Assembly (NCBI GenBank): GCA_963780015.1
Contig: CAWAAO010000007.1
Span: forward strand, 2,599 to 66,598
Length of the DNA: 64,000 nt
Direction of reading: 5' to 3'
DNA from: an uncultured Actinomycetes bacterium
GTDB lineage: Bacteria > Actinomycetota > UBA4738 > HRBIN12
The translations under genes were made by a program, and so were the position numbers. Position 1 is the stretch's first letter; every line of letters starts with the position of its first letter. Below the pieces are notes generated by a model that worked only from the letters and a program-made list of their open reading frames with translations, ran no database searches and was not told the origin of the DNA. Below are positions 30,467 through 39,748 of this stretch, piece by piece.

Positions 30467-30505
30467 GGGCGCCGGGTCCGTGGTTCGTTCGCGGACCCGG
30501 CGCCC
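30467..30505 (+). terminator. Strong hairpin directly after the YciI-like gene
   Basis: GGGCGCCGGGTCCG-(11-nt loop)-CGGACCCGGCGCCC, a 14-bp stem starting 7 nt after the stop. Confidence 0.55.
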
Positions 30506-30510
30506 AGTCG

Positions 30511-30556
30511 CGTCACGTGACGATCGGATGCACGCTTCGTGACGAGGGTGTGACGA
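30511..30556 (+). promoter_or_regulatory. Phased GTGACGA repeats (possible transcription-factor site)
   Basis: GTGACGA occurs at 30517, 30539 and 30550, so start-to-start spacing is 22 and 11 nt. The first copy is part of the perfect 12-nt palindrome CGTCACGTGACG (30511-30522). Confidence 0.3.
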
Positions 30557-30630
30557 ACCCGGGATACGGTTGTCCACCCCGCGTGAGGGGCTACGTTCGA
30601 GACCAACGCAATGCCGACCAGACCGACTGG

Positions 30631-30668
30631 AGGCCACCCTGCACCCCGGTGCGAGGTGGCCTTCTTCC
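30631..30668 (+). other. Structured RNA element or terminator-like hairpin in the leader of the PRC-barrel gene
   Basis: AGGCCACC-CT-GCACC-CC-GGTGC-GA-GGTGGCCT is followed by TCTTCC. A second hairpin (CCGGGGCC-CGC-GGCCCCGG) lies at ~30673-30691, just before the GAGGAGG RBS. Confidence 0.3.
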
Positions 30669-30714
30669 GTTGCCGGGGCCCGCGGCCCCGGTCGCAACGA
30701 GGAGGTGCAGGATC

Positions 30715-31137
30715 GTGAAGACGCCCTACTACCTGCTGGTGCGCCAGCCATCGCCCCGGAGCGAGACACGGTGTTGTGACGACGGACCGCTCGTGATCGA
30801 TCGCCCTCGAACGACCTCGTGGCCGGTTCGCTGGACGCGGAAGCTCCGGGTCGCCGTGCCGACCGCGTTCCGCGTGTTCCGTCGGCAGCTCGCGCGTCCC
30901 GTCGAGCCACCGATCGAGGTGGGCACCCCCGTGGTCAGCTCGACCGGTCGATCCGTCGGCACGGTGCGCGAGGTCGTCGTCGAGCTCGGGTCCGGCCGCG
31001 CGTCCTACGCCGTCGGCGAGGAGTCGGTCGGTCTCGCGCGGGTCATCCTGTTGCCGCGCGACCTGGTGCGGGCAGACGACGAGGTCGCGATCGTCGAGGA
31101 ACGCGTGCTCGCGCGGCTCGAGCGACGGATCGCCTAG
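30715..31137 (+). CDS. PRC-barrel domain protein
   Basis: GTG 30715 lies within ORF 29893..31137 and follows GAGGAGG. The C-terminal half reads VGTPVVSSTGRSVGTVREVVVELGSGRASYAV .. ILLPRDLV, typical of a PRC barrel. Confidence 0.6.
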   Translation: MKTPYYLLVRQPSPRSETRCCDDGPLVIDRPRTTSWPVRWTRKLRVAVPTAFRVFRRQLARPVEPPIEVGTPVVSSTGRSVGTVREVVVELGSGRASYAVGEESVGLARVILLPRDLVRADDEVAIVEERVLARLERRIA

Positions 31138-33557
31138 GCGCGAAGCCGTTCGCCCGACGGATCGAACAGCGGCTCGTCGGCGACCCGGGCGGGCAGCATC
31201 CGATCGAAGTAGGCGATCGCGACGACGTCCCCGGTCTCGAGCGATCGCGGGAGCCACGCCAGCGCGATGCTGCGCCCGACCGATGCGCCCCAGCCCGCGC
31301 TCGTGACGAAGCCGACCGCCTCGCCGTCGACGAGCACGGGCTCGGCGCCCATCGCGACCTGCTCGTCCTCGAGCACGAGACAACGCAGGACACGTGTCGC
31401 CGTCGGCCGGGCGGCGAGCGCCTCGGCGCCGAGGAACGTCGTGTCGGTGCGCCGGACCGTGAACGCGAGCCCGGCTTCCTCGGGACCGTGCTGGCGTGTC
31501 ATGTCGGTGCCCCACGCGCGGTAGCCCTTCTCGAGGCGCAGCGTGCCGAGCGCGGCTCGTCCGGCCGCGATCAGCCCGTGGGCTCGGCCGGCGTTCCACA
31601 GCGCGTTCCAGAGCCCGGCGCCGTCGCTCGCGGCCGCCGTCAGCTCCCAGCCCAACTCGCCTGCGTAGGAGATGCGCACGGCGTCGACGTCCATGCCGGC
31701 GATCGACAGGCGGCGGCAGGTCAGGTACGGAAACGCCTCGTTGGAGAGGTCGGCGTCGGCGATCGCGGACAGGATGTCGCGGGCCGCCGGGCCCCACAGC
31801 GCCGCGCTCGCGCGCTGGTCCGTCACGCCCGAGACCGTCACATCGGCCGGCGCGTGGGCTCGGAGCCACGCGAGATCGCGCGGCCCGTTGCCCCCGAGGA
31901 CGAAGCGGTCCTCCTCCAGCCGCGCCACCGTGACGTCGGAGACGATCCCGCCGTGCTCGTCCAGCATGAGCCCGTAGGTCACGGCGCCGACCGGACGGTC
32001 GACGCGCCCGGCGACCATCCGATGCAGGAACGACGGTGCGCCGGGTCCGGTCACCTCGATGCGGGTCAGGGGGGTCATGTCGAACAGGCCCGCGCGCTCG
32101 CGCACCGCCGCGTGCTCGGCGATCGCGATCGGGGACCAATGGCGCGCCGACCACGCGTCGCGTTCCGGATCCGCGTGTCATGCGAGGAGGCCCGCGTTGG
32201 CCGCGTACCACTGCGGTCGCTCCCACGTCGCGACGTCGACGAACACCGCGTCGAGCGCGCGCTCCGCCTCGACGAACGCGCTGTGTCGGATGTCGCGCGC
32301 GGAGCCGTGGGGCTCCGCCGGATGGTGCGCCACGTACACGTCGACGTATTGATCGATGCAGCGTGGCGTGACGAAGCCCGGCTCGAGCTCGGCCGGATCG
32401 AAGCGTGTGAGATCGGCCGGCGAGGCATCGATCGCCGGATCGTCGCCGACCAGGAGATCCGCGACGATCTGGGCCACGCCCACCGAGTGCGTGACCCACA
32501 CCGACTCGGCGACCCAGAACCCGGTGAGGTCGGGGTGCTCGCCGATCAGGGGATAGCCGTCGGGGGTGAAGCCGAACACCCCGTTGAACCGGCGCTCGAG
32601 CGTGGTGTCGGCGAGCGCCGGCATGAAGGCGCACGACAGTTGCCACGCCTCGGCGAAGTCCTCCTCGGTGAACGCGAACGCGAGGCTCGTCTCGGTGTTG
32701 CGGGGGTGTCCGTCCAGATCCTCGGGATCGACGGGCAGGCCGCGGTGGTGGAACGAGCCGACGCCGACGCGGTCGCCGTGGTCGCGGTAGTAGATGCCGA
32801 TGTCGTGGTGACGCACGATCGGGCGCGCCGCCTCCTGCCCCGCGGTGGCCGCGAGCGCCGGCAGCGCCGATGTGATCGCGTACTGATGCTCCATCGGGAG
32901 CATCGGCAGCCGCAGGCCGACCGACGCCGCGATCGCCGGCCCCCACACGCCCGCGCAGCACACCACGACGTCGGCCTCGATCGTGTCGCCGCCGGCCGTC
33001 CGCACGCCGGTGACGTGGCCGCCGTCGGTGACGACGGCGGCCACCTCGGTTGCTCCCACGAAGCGCGCGCCGCCTTCGGCGGCGCGCGCAGCCTGCGCCG
33101 CGACGCCCCGCAACGCGACGGCCAGGCCCTCGTCCGTGGTGGCGTAGGCGCCGAGCAATCCGTCGCGCTCGATGATGGGCCACCGCGCCAGGACCTCGTC
33201 GGGGTCGATCATCCTGCCGTGCCAGCCGAACGCCTGCGCCGCGCCCCATCGGCGCCACAGCTCCGCGAGCCGCGCCTCGTTGTACGCCACCTCCAGCGTG
33301 CCGACCGGCAGCAGCGCGGGACCGTCGTCGGTGGACAGGGCGGCGAACGCGCGGATCGTGGCGTCGGCGGTCTCGGTCATGAACCTCGAGGTGCTCGTGC
33401 GGCTGACGAGCCCGGGGGCGTGGGAGGAGGAGCCACCCGTCGAGAACAGCGGGCCTTTGTCGAGCACGAGGACGTCCCGTTCGCCCCGGGCCACGAGCGC
33501 ATCCGCCAGCGCCGCGCCGACCACCCCGGCCCCGATGATCACGATCCGCCGGCTCAC
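31134..33557 (-). pseudogene. FAD-dependent DAO + GcvT-fold oxidoreductase (sarcosine/dimethylglycine dehydrogenase-like), paralogue 2, interrupted by an in-frame TGA at 32178-32180
   Basis: GTG 33557 begins VSRRIVIIGAGVVGAA and follows GGAGGAG. ORF 32178..34211 ends ..WYAANAGLLA*. The same frame continues HADPERDAWSARHWSPIAIAEHAAV into ORF 31134..32105 (GcvT fold, LRLEKGY). The total length is a multiple of 3. Confidence 0.8.
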
Positions 33558-33805
33558 GGCTCCTCCCGGGCCGGAGGCTCCAGGATCGCCTGCGCGATCT
33601 CGGCGGCGGCGTCTCGCTTCGTGCGGTCGACGAACACGTGGTATTCGCGGTCCAGGAACGCGAGGAAGCCGCCCGTCGGCGGCTTCACCCACCACACGAT
33701 GTCGACGGCGTCGAGCGCGCGGCCGATCTCCTCGGCGTGCTCCGGGGTGCACGCGCACAGGTGGACCGTGCGCACATGTTCGGGGACGTCCCAGACGCGC
33801 TTCAC
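33554..33805 (-). CDS. Small conserved hypothetical protein (83 aa), translationally coupled to paralogue 2
   Basis: GTG 33805, with the stop overlapping the downstream start (GTGA at 33554-33557). The coding-like composition and the pattern VHLCACTPEHAEEIGRALDAVDI .. YHVFVDR faintly resemble DUF2007-type small alpha/beta domains. Confidence 0.5.
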   Translation of the reverse strand: MKRVWDVPEHVRTVHLCACTPEHAEEIGRALDAVDIVWWVKPPTGGFLAFLDREYHVFVDRTKRDAAAEIAQAILEPPAREEP

Positions 33806-33820
33806 GCGCCCACGCGGTGC

Positions 33821-34075
33821 CTAGTCCTCGTCGTCGGCTGCCTCGGCGATGTCGACGGCGATCTCCGCCTCGGCCACGGCGTCCGCCGCCATGTCTTCGG
33901 CGACCACCTCCTCGACGATGGCCTCCGCGGCGAGCTCGTCCGCCGCTGCATACAGCGCCTCTGCCTCGACCGCCTTCTCGACGGCGTCCTCGTGCAGGAC
34001 CTCGGCGGCGACCGCGGTGTCGACCGCGTCCTCGGCGATGGCCTCCGCGGCTTGCTCCATCTCTTCGTCGGGCAT
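33821..34075 (-). CDS. Hyper-acidic Ala/Glu/Asp/Val-rich 84-aa protein
   Basis: ATG 34075 lies within ORF 33821..34135 and sits 7 nt after GGAAGGAG. By my count 30 of 84 residues are D/E, against one K and one H. GC3-rich codon usage is consistent with real coding. Confidence 0.6.
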   Translation of the reverse strand: MPDEEMEQAAEAIAEDAVDTAVAAEVLHEDAVEKAVEAEALYAAADELAAEAIVEEVVAEDMAADAVAEAEIAVDIAEAADDED

Positions 34076-34177
34076 GGGGAGCTCCTTCCGTACGGCGGTT
34101 CGGAACGCGGAGGCTAACACGCTCGATGCCGACACACATGCGAAGATGCGGCCATGTCGACAGCAGGAGGACCCGTG

Positions 34178-34621
34178 ATGCGCACGCCTCGTACCCGCCT
34201 CGGAACCGCACGCCGCTGGATCGCCGTTCTCGTGGTCGCGGGCGCGCTCGCCGCGTGTTCCTCGGACGCGAGCTCGACGTCGTCGTCGCTGGCCGGCGAA
34301 GCCCTCGGGGCCGCGAAGACGGCGGTGTGCACGAACCTCATCGCCGCCTCGTCCGCGTTGGGCTCGGCCATGGCCGGGCAGTCGGGTGAGCTGCAGACCA
34401 AGGCGGAGTCGCTCGCGAGCGGCCTGCTCACGGCCGCGGGAGCGCTCAAGGCGGTCGGCGGCGGGACCGTCGCCGACGACATCACGTCGGTCGCCACCGA
34501 CATCCAGCAGATGGCGACCGAGGCACCCGCGGAGATGCAGAGCAAGGCGACGGACGCGAAGGCCAAGGTCGATGCGGCCGCGACGTCGCTGGCGTGTCCC
34601 GGCGCCTCGCCGGCCGGCTAA
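34178..34621 (+). CDS. Helical lipoprotein, paralogue of 29105..29701
   Basis: ATG 34178 follows GCAGGAGG. The signal peptide carries the lipobox ALAAC, and the same Cys pair is present (AVCTNL .. SLACPGA). Confidence 0.7.
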   Translation: MRTPRTRLGTARRWIAVLVVAGALAACSSDASSTSSSLAGEALGAAKTAVCTNLIAASSALGSAMAGQSGELQTKAESLASGLLTAAGALKAVGGGTVADDITSVATDIQQMATEAPAEMQSKATDAKAKVDAAATSLACPGASPAG

Positions 34622-37079
34622 GCCTTGATCCGTTCGCGCGTCGGGTCATACATCGGCGCGAGCGACAGCGTCACGGGGTAGCGGCGTCCGACGATGTCCA
34701 GCTCCCAGCTGCCCGAGGCGATGTACGCGTCGTCGGTGTCCTCGTCGCGCTCGATCATCGCCAGACCCGACGCTCCCACCGAGGGTGTGCCCGTAGCCGC
34801 CGATCCGGTTCTCCCCGACGTGCACGCCGTCGCGGTACAGCTGCTCGTCCCCGTACAGGAGCGGCTCGGGATCGTTCACGAACACCTGCACCATGCGCGA
34901 GGTGCGCACGCCGCTGTCGCGCTGCTTCACGAGCGCGTCACGCCCGATGAACCCGTCCGGCTTGTCCCAGGCCACGGTGAAGTCCAGCCCCACGTCGATC
35001 AGGGAATCGGAGTTGTCGATGTCGAGCCCGTAGTCCCGGTAGCCCTTCTCCAGTCGCAGGGAGTTGAGCGCGCCGAGCCCGGCGTTGCGGATGCCGAGAT
35101 CCGCTCCCGCCGCGAACAGGGCATCGAACACCGTCACGGCGTAGTCGGTCGGGATGTGCAGCTCCCAGCCGAGCTCGCCCAGGTAGGTCACCCGCAGCGC
35201 GAGCGCCACCCCGTTGCCGACCTCGATCTCCTTGGCGCGCATATAGGGGAAGGATTCGTTGGACAGGTCCGCCGTGGTGAGCCGCGACAGCAGCTCGCGC
35301 GAGCGTGGACCCTGCACCGTCAGGAGCGTGCGCGCCGGCGAGATGTCGGTGATCGCGACGTAGGGGCCACCGTCGGCGTGCCGGTGCAGCCACGAGAGCA
35401 TGCGCCGGTGGATGATGTCGGCGCCGACGACGAGGTAGGCGTCCTCCTGCAGGCGCGTGACGGTGACGTCCGTCCAGATGCCGCCGAGCTCGGTCAGCCA
35501 CTGGGTGTACACGATCTTGCCGATCGGCACCGAGACGTTGGACACGCTCACGCGGTTGAGCAGCGCTTCGGCGCCCGGGCCCTGCACGAGGATCTTCGCC
35601 ATGAACGACATGTCCATCACGGCGACCGCCTCGCGCACGGCGCGGTGCTCGTTCGCCTGCGCCTCGAAGGACTGATCGCGCGCCCATCCCTGCGGCCGCT
35701 CATGCGACACACCCGGATCGGCGAACCACTCCGGCACCTCGTAGCCCGACAGCACCATGAAGTCCGCGCCCGCATCGGCCAACCGATCGTGCACCACCGA
35801 GCGCCGCACGTTCGCGGGCGCTCCACGGCCGCCAGGACGGGAACGCCGAGTCGCCGAACAACGCGCCCAGCAGCTCGACGCCTCGCTCCTCGCGGAACGC
35901 GCGGTTGGTCATGAAGGGCATCGTGCGATCCACGCTCATGCCCGTGACGTCCATCGGCGGTTCGCCGTCGAGGATCCACTGCGTCATGAACGAGCCGACG
36001 CCACCGGACAGCAGGATGCCGAGCGAGTTGAGCCCGCACGCGGTGAAGAACCCGCGGAGCTCGGGTGCCTCGCCCAGCAGCGGTCCGATGTCGGGCGTAA
36101 AGCTTTCCGGCCCGCAGAAGAACTGGCGGATGCCGGCGTCGTGCAGCGAGGGGAACCGGTCCATCGCATCCGACAGGAATCCGGCCATCCGGTCCCAGTC
36201 GGGGGGAAGCACGGCGAACCCGAGGTCCTGCGGGATCCGATCGAGGGACCACGGCGCGGCCTTCGGCTCGAACAGCCCGACGAGGATGCCGCCGGCCTCC
36301 TCGCGGTAGTAGCCGTAGCGGTCCGGGTCCTCCACCACCGGCAGGTCGGGGTGCGCCCACTCGACCGTGTCGGTCAACAGGTAGTAGTGCTCGGCCGCCT
36401 GCAGGGGCACCGTGACCCCGGCCAGCGCGCCGAGCTGACGCCCCCACATGCCGGCGGCGATCACGACGGTCTCGGTCTCGATCGAACCGCGGTCGGTCTC
36501 GACGCCGGTGACGCGGCCGCCGGCCGTCACGAAGCCCGTGACCGTCACGCCCTCGACGATCTGGGCGCCGCCCATGCGGGCGCCTTTCGCGTAGGCCTGC
36601 GTGACGTCGGCGGGGTTCGCCCGTCCCTCGTCGGGCACCCAGGCCGCGGTGAGGATGTCGTCGACCTTCGCGGCGGGCCAGTGGCGGGCGACCTCCTCCG
36701 GGCCGACGAGCTCGATCGGCACGCCGTGCGCCTTGGCGAAGGCCGCCTCCCGGGTGACGGTCTCCACCCGCTGCGGGGTGCAGGCGAGGTGCAGGTGCCC
36801 GATCCGACGGAACCCCGTGTCCTGCCCGGTTTCCTCGGTCAGCTGCGGCAGGAGGTCGGCGGTGTAGCGCGACATCCACAGGAAGGTCTCGGTCGGCATG
36901 CCCGCCGAGGTGATCAACCCCGCCGCGTGCCAGGTGGTGCCGGCGGTGAGCTCCTTGCGCTCCAGCAGGACCACGTCGCGCACGCCGGCCCTCGTCAGGT
37001 GGTAGGCGATGCTGCACCCGATCACGCCGCCGCCGACGACGACGACCCGGGCGCGCTCGGGGAGCGTGCTGTCCGTCAC
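34618..37079 (-). CDS. FAD-dependent DAO + GcvT-fold oxidoreductase (dimethylglycine/sarcosine dehydrogenase-like), paralogue 3; two frame breaks
   Basis: GTG 37079 follows AGGAGG and begins VTDSTLPERARVVVVGGGVIGCS. ORF 35700..37130 joins ORF 34646..35809 near 35830. A third frame after ~34790 gives ..SWELDIVGRRYPVTLSLAPMYDPTRERIKA and a TAG at 34618. The length is 3n+2. Confidence 0.85.
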
Positions 37080-37099
37080 GGTGCCTCCTGTTGCTGGCG

Positions 37100-37117
37100 G
37101 GCCGGCGGTCGCCGGCC
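37100..37117 (-). terminator. GC hairpin between the acyltransferase gene and paralogue 3
   Basis: GGCCGGCG-GT-CGCCGGCC, an 8-bp palindrome arm, within the 85-nt intergenic gap. Confidence 0.25.
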
Positions 37118-37164
37118 GGAACGCGGGCACATGCTAGCGGGGCACGGCCGCCCTGCAGTAACCG

Positions 37165-38518
37165 TCAGACGTCGCTGCGCAGCGGCGCCACGGGGTCGAC
37201 GTGGATCAGCGCCGCGCTCGCGGCCACCAGCACGACGCCGATGGCCGGGACCACGACGATCGAGCCCGGCACCGGGAACGCCCGCGCCGCCAGCAGCGCG
37301 AAGCCGATCCCGGCCACGGCGGTGCCGAGCAGCGCGATCGCCGGACCCAGGCGCCCCGCCCGTGACGGCGGCGGCGGATCGACCGGGCGTTCGGCCCATC
37401 GGAACCCGAACAGGAACGGGAGCATGCAGATCGCACACGCGAGCCACCAGGCAGGCCGCAGCAGCCACCAGCCGGTGGTCAGCGCCTCGGGCTGGGGCGC
37501 CACGCCGGTCGGGAAGAGCAGGACGGCGGCCAGCACGACGGCGCTCATGTTCCACAGGTAGAACGTCATGATCATCGAGTTCGCGACGACGACCACGAAC
37601 CACGGCCGCGTGCGTTGGAGCCACCGGTTCGCCGGCGCCTGGAAGACCAGGGCGAGGCCGAACTGCCAGAGGCCGAGTGCCACCAGCGCCAGCGACGGCG
37701 GCTGCGCGTTCGAGCGCGGCGCATGGGTGAGCCCGATCATCGAGACCGGATAGTCGAACCATCGCACCAGCACGCCGAGCGTCGCGAGCCCGCCGGCCAT
37801 CATCAGCCAGGGGAGCCACCGGCGGCGGGCGAAGGCATCCTCGCGCCACAGGATCGCCGAGCTCGAGGAGCGCGAGCCAGACGAACGCGTAGTTGCACGC
37901 GCCCACGACCGGCACGTCGGCGCCGAAATGCAGGTTGTCGACGATGAAGGCGGCGAGCACGAGACCCCACAGGACCTTCGCGCCCCCGAAGCGCCGGTGC
38001 GCGGCATACAGCGCCGGGACCGCCGCGACGGCCAGCACGTAGACGGCCAGGAACCACAGCGGGAGCGCGACCTCCTCGCCGCCGGTGCGCGCCACGCTCG
38101 CGGGCAGGATGCCGATCGCCACCCCGGCCGCCGGGAGCAACGTCCAGAAGGCGACGAACCACAGCGCGGGGCGGATCAGGCGGGCGGACTTCGCGCGGAG
38201 CCAGTCGGCGTAGCGTTCGCCACGACGCGACGCGGAGGCCCAGGAGCCGCCGTTCGTGAAGCCGCCGACGATGAAGAACAGCGGCATCACCTGGAACAGC
38301 CAGGTGAGGATCTGCAGGTCGGGGTTGAGCTCCAGCAGGTTCTCGCCGGTGAATCGTCCACCGCGGTAGCCGAGCACCGCCATCGTCCAGTGCCCGAGCA
38401 CGACGACGCCGATCGAGACGACCCGGATCAGATCGACGTAGCGGTTGCGTGTATCGGGCGTCGCGGCGACCAGCGCTCGCGCGCCGGATACGGAACGGCT
38501 CCGCGCTGACTGCGCCAT
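37165..38518 (-). CDS. Acyltransferase family 3 integral membrane protein; one frame break near 37858
   Basis: ORF 37076..38518 (RYVDLIRVVSIGVVVLGHW, MPLFFIVGGF) continues in ORF 37165..38007 (ILWREDAF.., many TM helices). The length is 3n+1. Confidence 0.8.
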
Positions 38519-38579
38519 GCCGCCATCGTGACAGGACTCGCCACGGGGTCAATCAGGCATACGACCAGGGCTGTTGCCG

Positions 38580-38777
38580 TCAGCGCCAGCGCTTCACGGC
38601 CGGGACCTCGACGACGATCTCGCCCGAGGTCCGCTCGTGCATCGCGGCGCGCAGCTCGGCTTCGATCGACCGGGGCTCGACGGTCTGTCCGGACAGCCGA
38701 GCCCGGAGGCCGCTGTTGTCGTGATGCGGCGCGCCGACGACGACGCGCTCCAGGTCCAAGGTGGGTGTGCGTGCCAT
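38580..38777 (-). CDS. Small hypothetical protein (65 aa)
   Basis: ATG 38777 lies within ORF 38580..38837, with GGAAGGA upstream. I recognise no family. Confidence 0.4.
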   Translation of the reverse strand: MARTPTLDLERVVVGAPHHDNSGLRARLSGQTVEPRSIEAELRAAMHERTSGEIVVEVPAVKRWR

Positions 38778-38836
38778 GAGGGGGGATTCCTTCCGTTCGG
38801 TTCGGTCACCGTAGCGGGCGCACCCGGGTGACTGCA

Positions 38837-39449
38837 TCAGGCGTGTGGCTCATCCTCCGCCGCGGAAGCCGGGGGGCTGTCGGACCTAGGACCGTCGCCG
38901 GGCCCCGCCGGGACGCGGCGGCGTTCCATGCGGACCCCGTGCCACGAGCCGTCCGCATCGCTCTCCTCGAACCGCTCCACGACGTGGAGCCCGACGTTGG
39001 CGGCCACCCGGACCGACGCGACATTGCCCGCGTCGGCATAGGCGCGGACCACGTCCGCCTCGAGGGTGTCCAACGCGTAGTCGACCAGGACGCCGACCGC
39101 CTCGCTGGCGTACCCCTTGCCCTGGTGCACCGGGCGCGACGGTGTAGCCGACCAGCATGACGTCGGGCTCCTCCCGATCGGGGCACAGCCCCACGTCACC
39201 GATGAGCTCGCCCCCGTCCAGGGTCTCGACGCTGAACTGCACCCACCCGCCCGGCTCCCCGGGGGCGCGCCCGAGCATCTGCTCGATCTCGCCGCGGACG
39301 TGGTCGGGATCGGTCTTGCGCCAGCCCTGGTGGATCCGCACATCGGGGTCGCTGCGATACGCCGAGATGGCCTCCGCGTCGCCCGGCACCGACCGACGCA
39401 GGCGCACGCGTGCCGTGCGGAGCTCCGTGAACGCCGGGTCGGTTCGCAC
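38837..39449 (-). CDS. GNAT N-acetyltransferase, RimJ/RimL-like; one frame break at 39132-39134
   Basis: ORF 38886..39449 (LRTARVRLRRSVPGDAEAISAY) continues in ORF 38837..39538 (HQGKGYASEAVGVLVDYAL .. NVASVRVAANVGL). The length is 3n+1. Confidence 0.8.
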
Positions 39450-39467
39450 CCGGCCAGGGTAGCCGCG

Positions 39468-39644
39468 TTATCGCGTGTAGGTGAAGTGCTCGCGCTCCAT
39501 GCGCGACAGCTCGAGCACCGCGGCGCGCATCTCCTCATCGTCGGGGTGCGCGGCGAGCCACATCCGCATGCTGGCCATCAACGAGGAGATCTGGTTCAGC
39601 GAGGAAGCGGTCGAGACCAGGGAAAGGAGTTCCGTGCGTTCCAT
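39468..39644 (-). CDS. Small hypothetical helical protein (58 aa)
   Basis: ATG 39644 lies within ORF 39468..39725. The SD is weak, and the stop lies 18 nt upstream of the GNAT start. Confidence 0.3.
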   Translation of the reverse strand: MERTELLSLVSTASSLNQISSLMASMRMWLAAHPDDEEMRAAVLELSRMEREHFTYTR

Positions 39645-39735
39645 ACACCCATCAGTACCCCGCGCCGGGCATCCGAGATGCGTTCCGAACGGCCTTGCCA
39701 CGGGAGCACCACACACCTGCAACATGTGGGCGCGC

Positions 39736-39741
39736 TAGGGT
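39736..39741 (+). promoter_or_regulatory. Candidate -10 element TAGGGT for a leaderless thioredoxin-like transcript
   Basis: CTAGGGTGGG at 39735-39744, with the ATG at 39749 seven nt after the hexamer and no SD sequence. Confidence 0.35.
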
Positions 39742-39748
39742 GGGATCC

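Noticed and set aside
30560-30670. A tRNA-like gene or a known actinobacterial sRNA (for example 6C RNA) in the YciI / PRC-barrel intergenic region.
   Set aside because: There is no cloverleaf, no T-loop GGTTCGA-type consensus, and no pair of C-rich loops typical of 6C. It is kept only as an unclassified structured element.
32178-32180. The in-frame TGA as a selenocysteine codon.
   Set aside because: This enzyme family is not known to contain selenocysteine, and the codon lies in a variable linker rather than an active site. The downstream CACGCG..CGCGTG stem is weak and not SECIS-like as far as I can judge. No sel genes are visible.
38837-39644. A small helical ORF followed by a GNAT gene, read as a TacA/TacT-like toxin-antitoxin pair.
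   Set aside because: The GNAT is about 200 aa with the RimJ/RimL-type N-terminal motif (RLRR..P.D), not the compact tRNA-acetylating toxin type. The upstream 58-aa ORF has a weak RBS and no RHH or DUF1778-like pattern.
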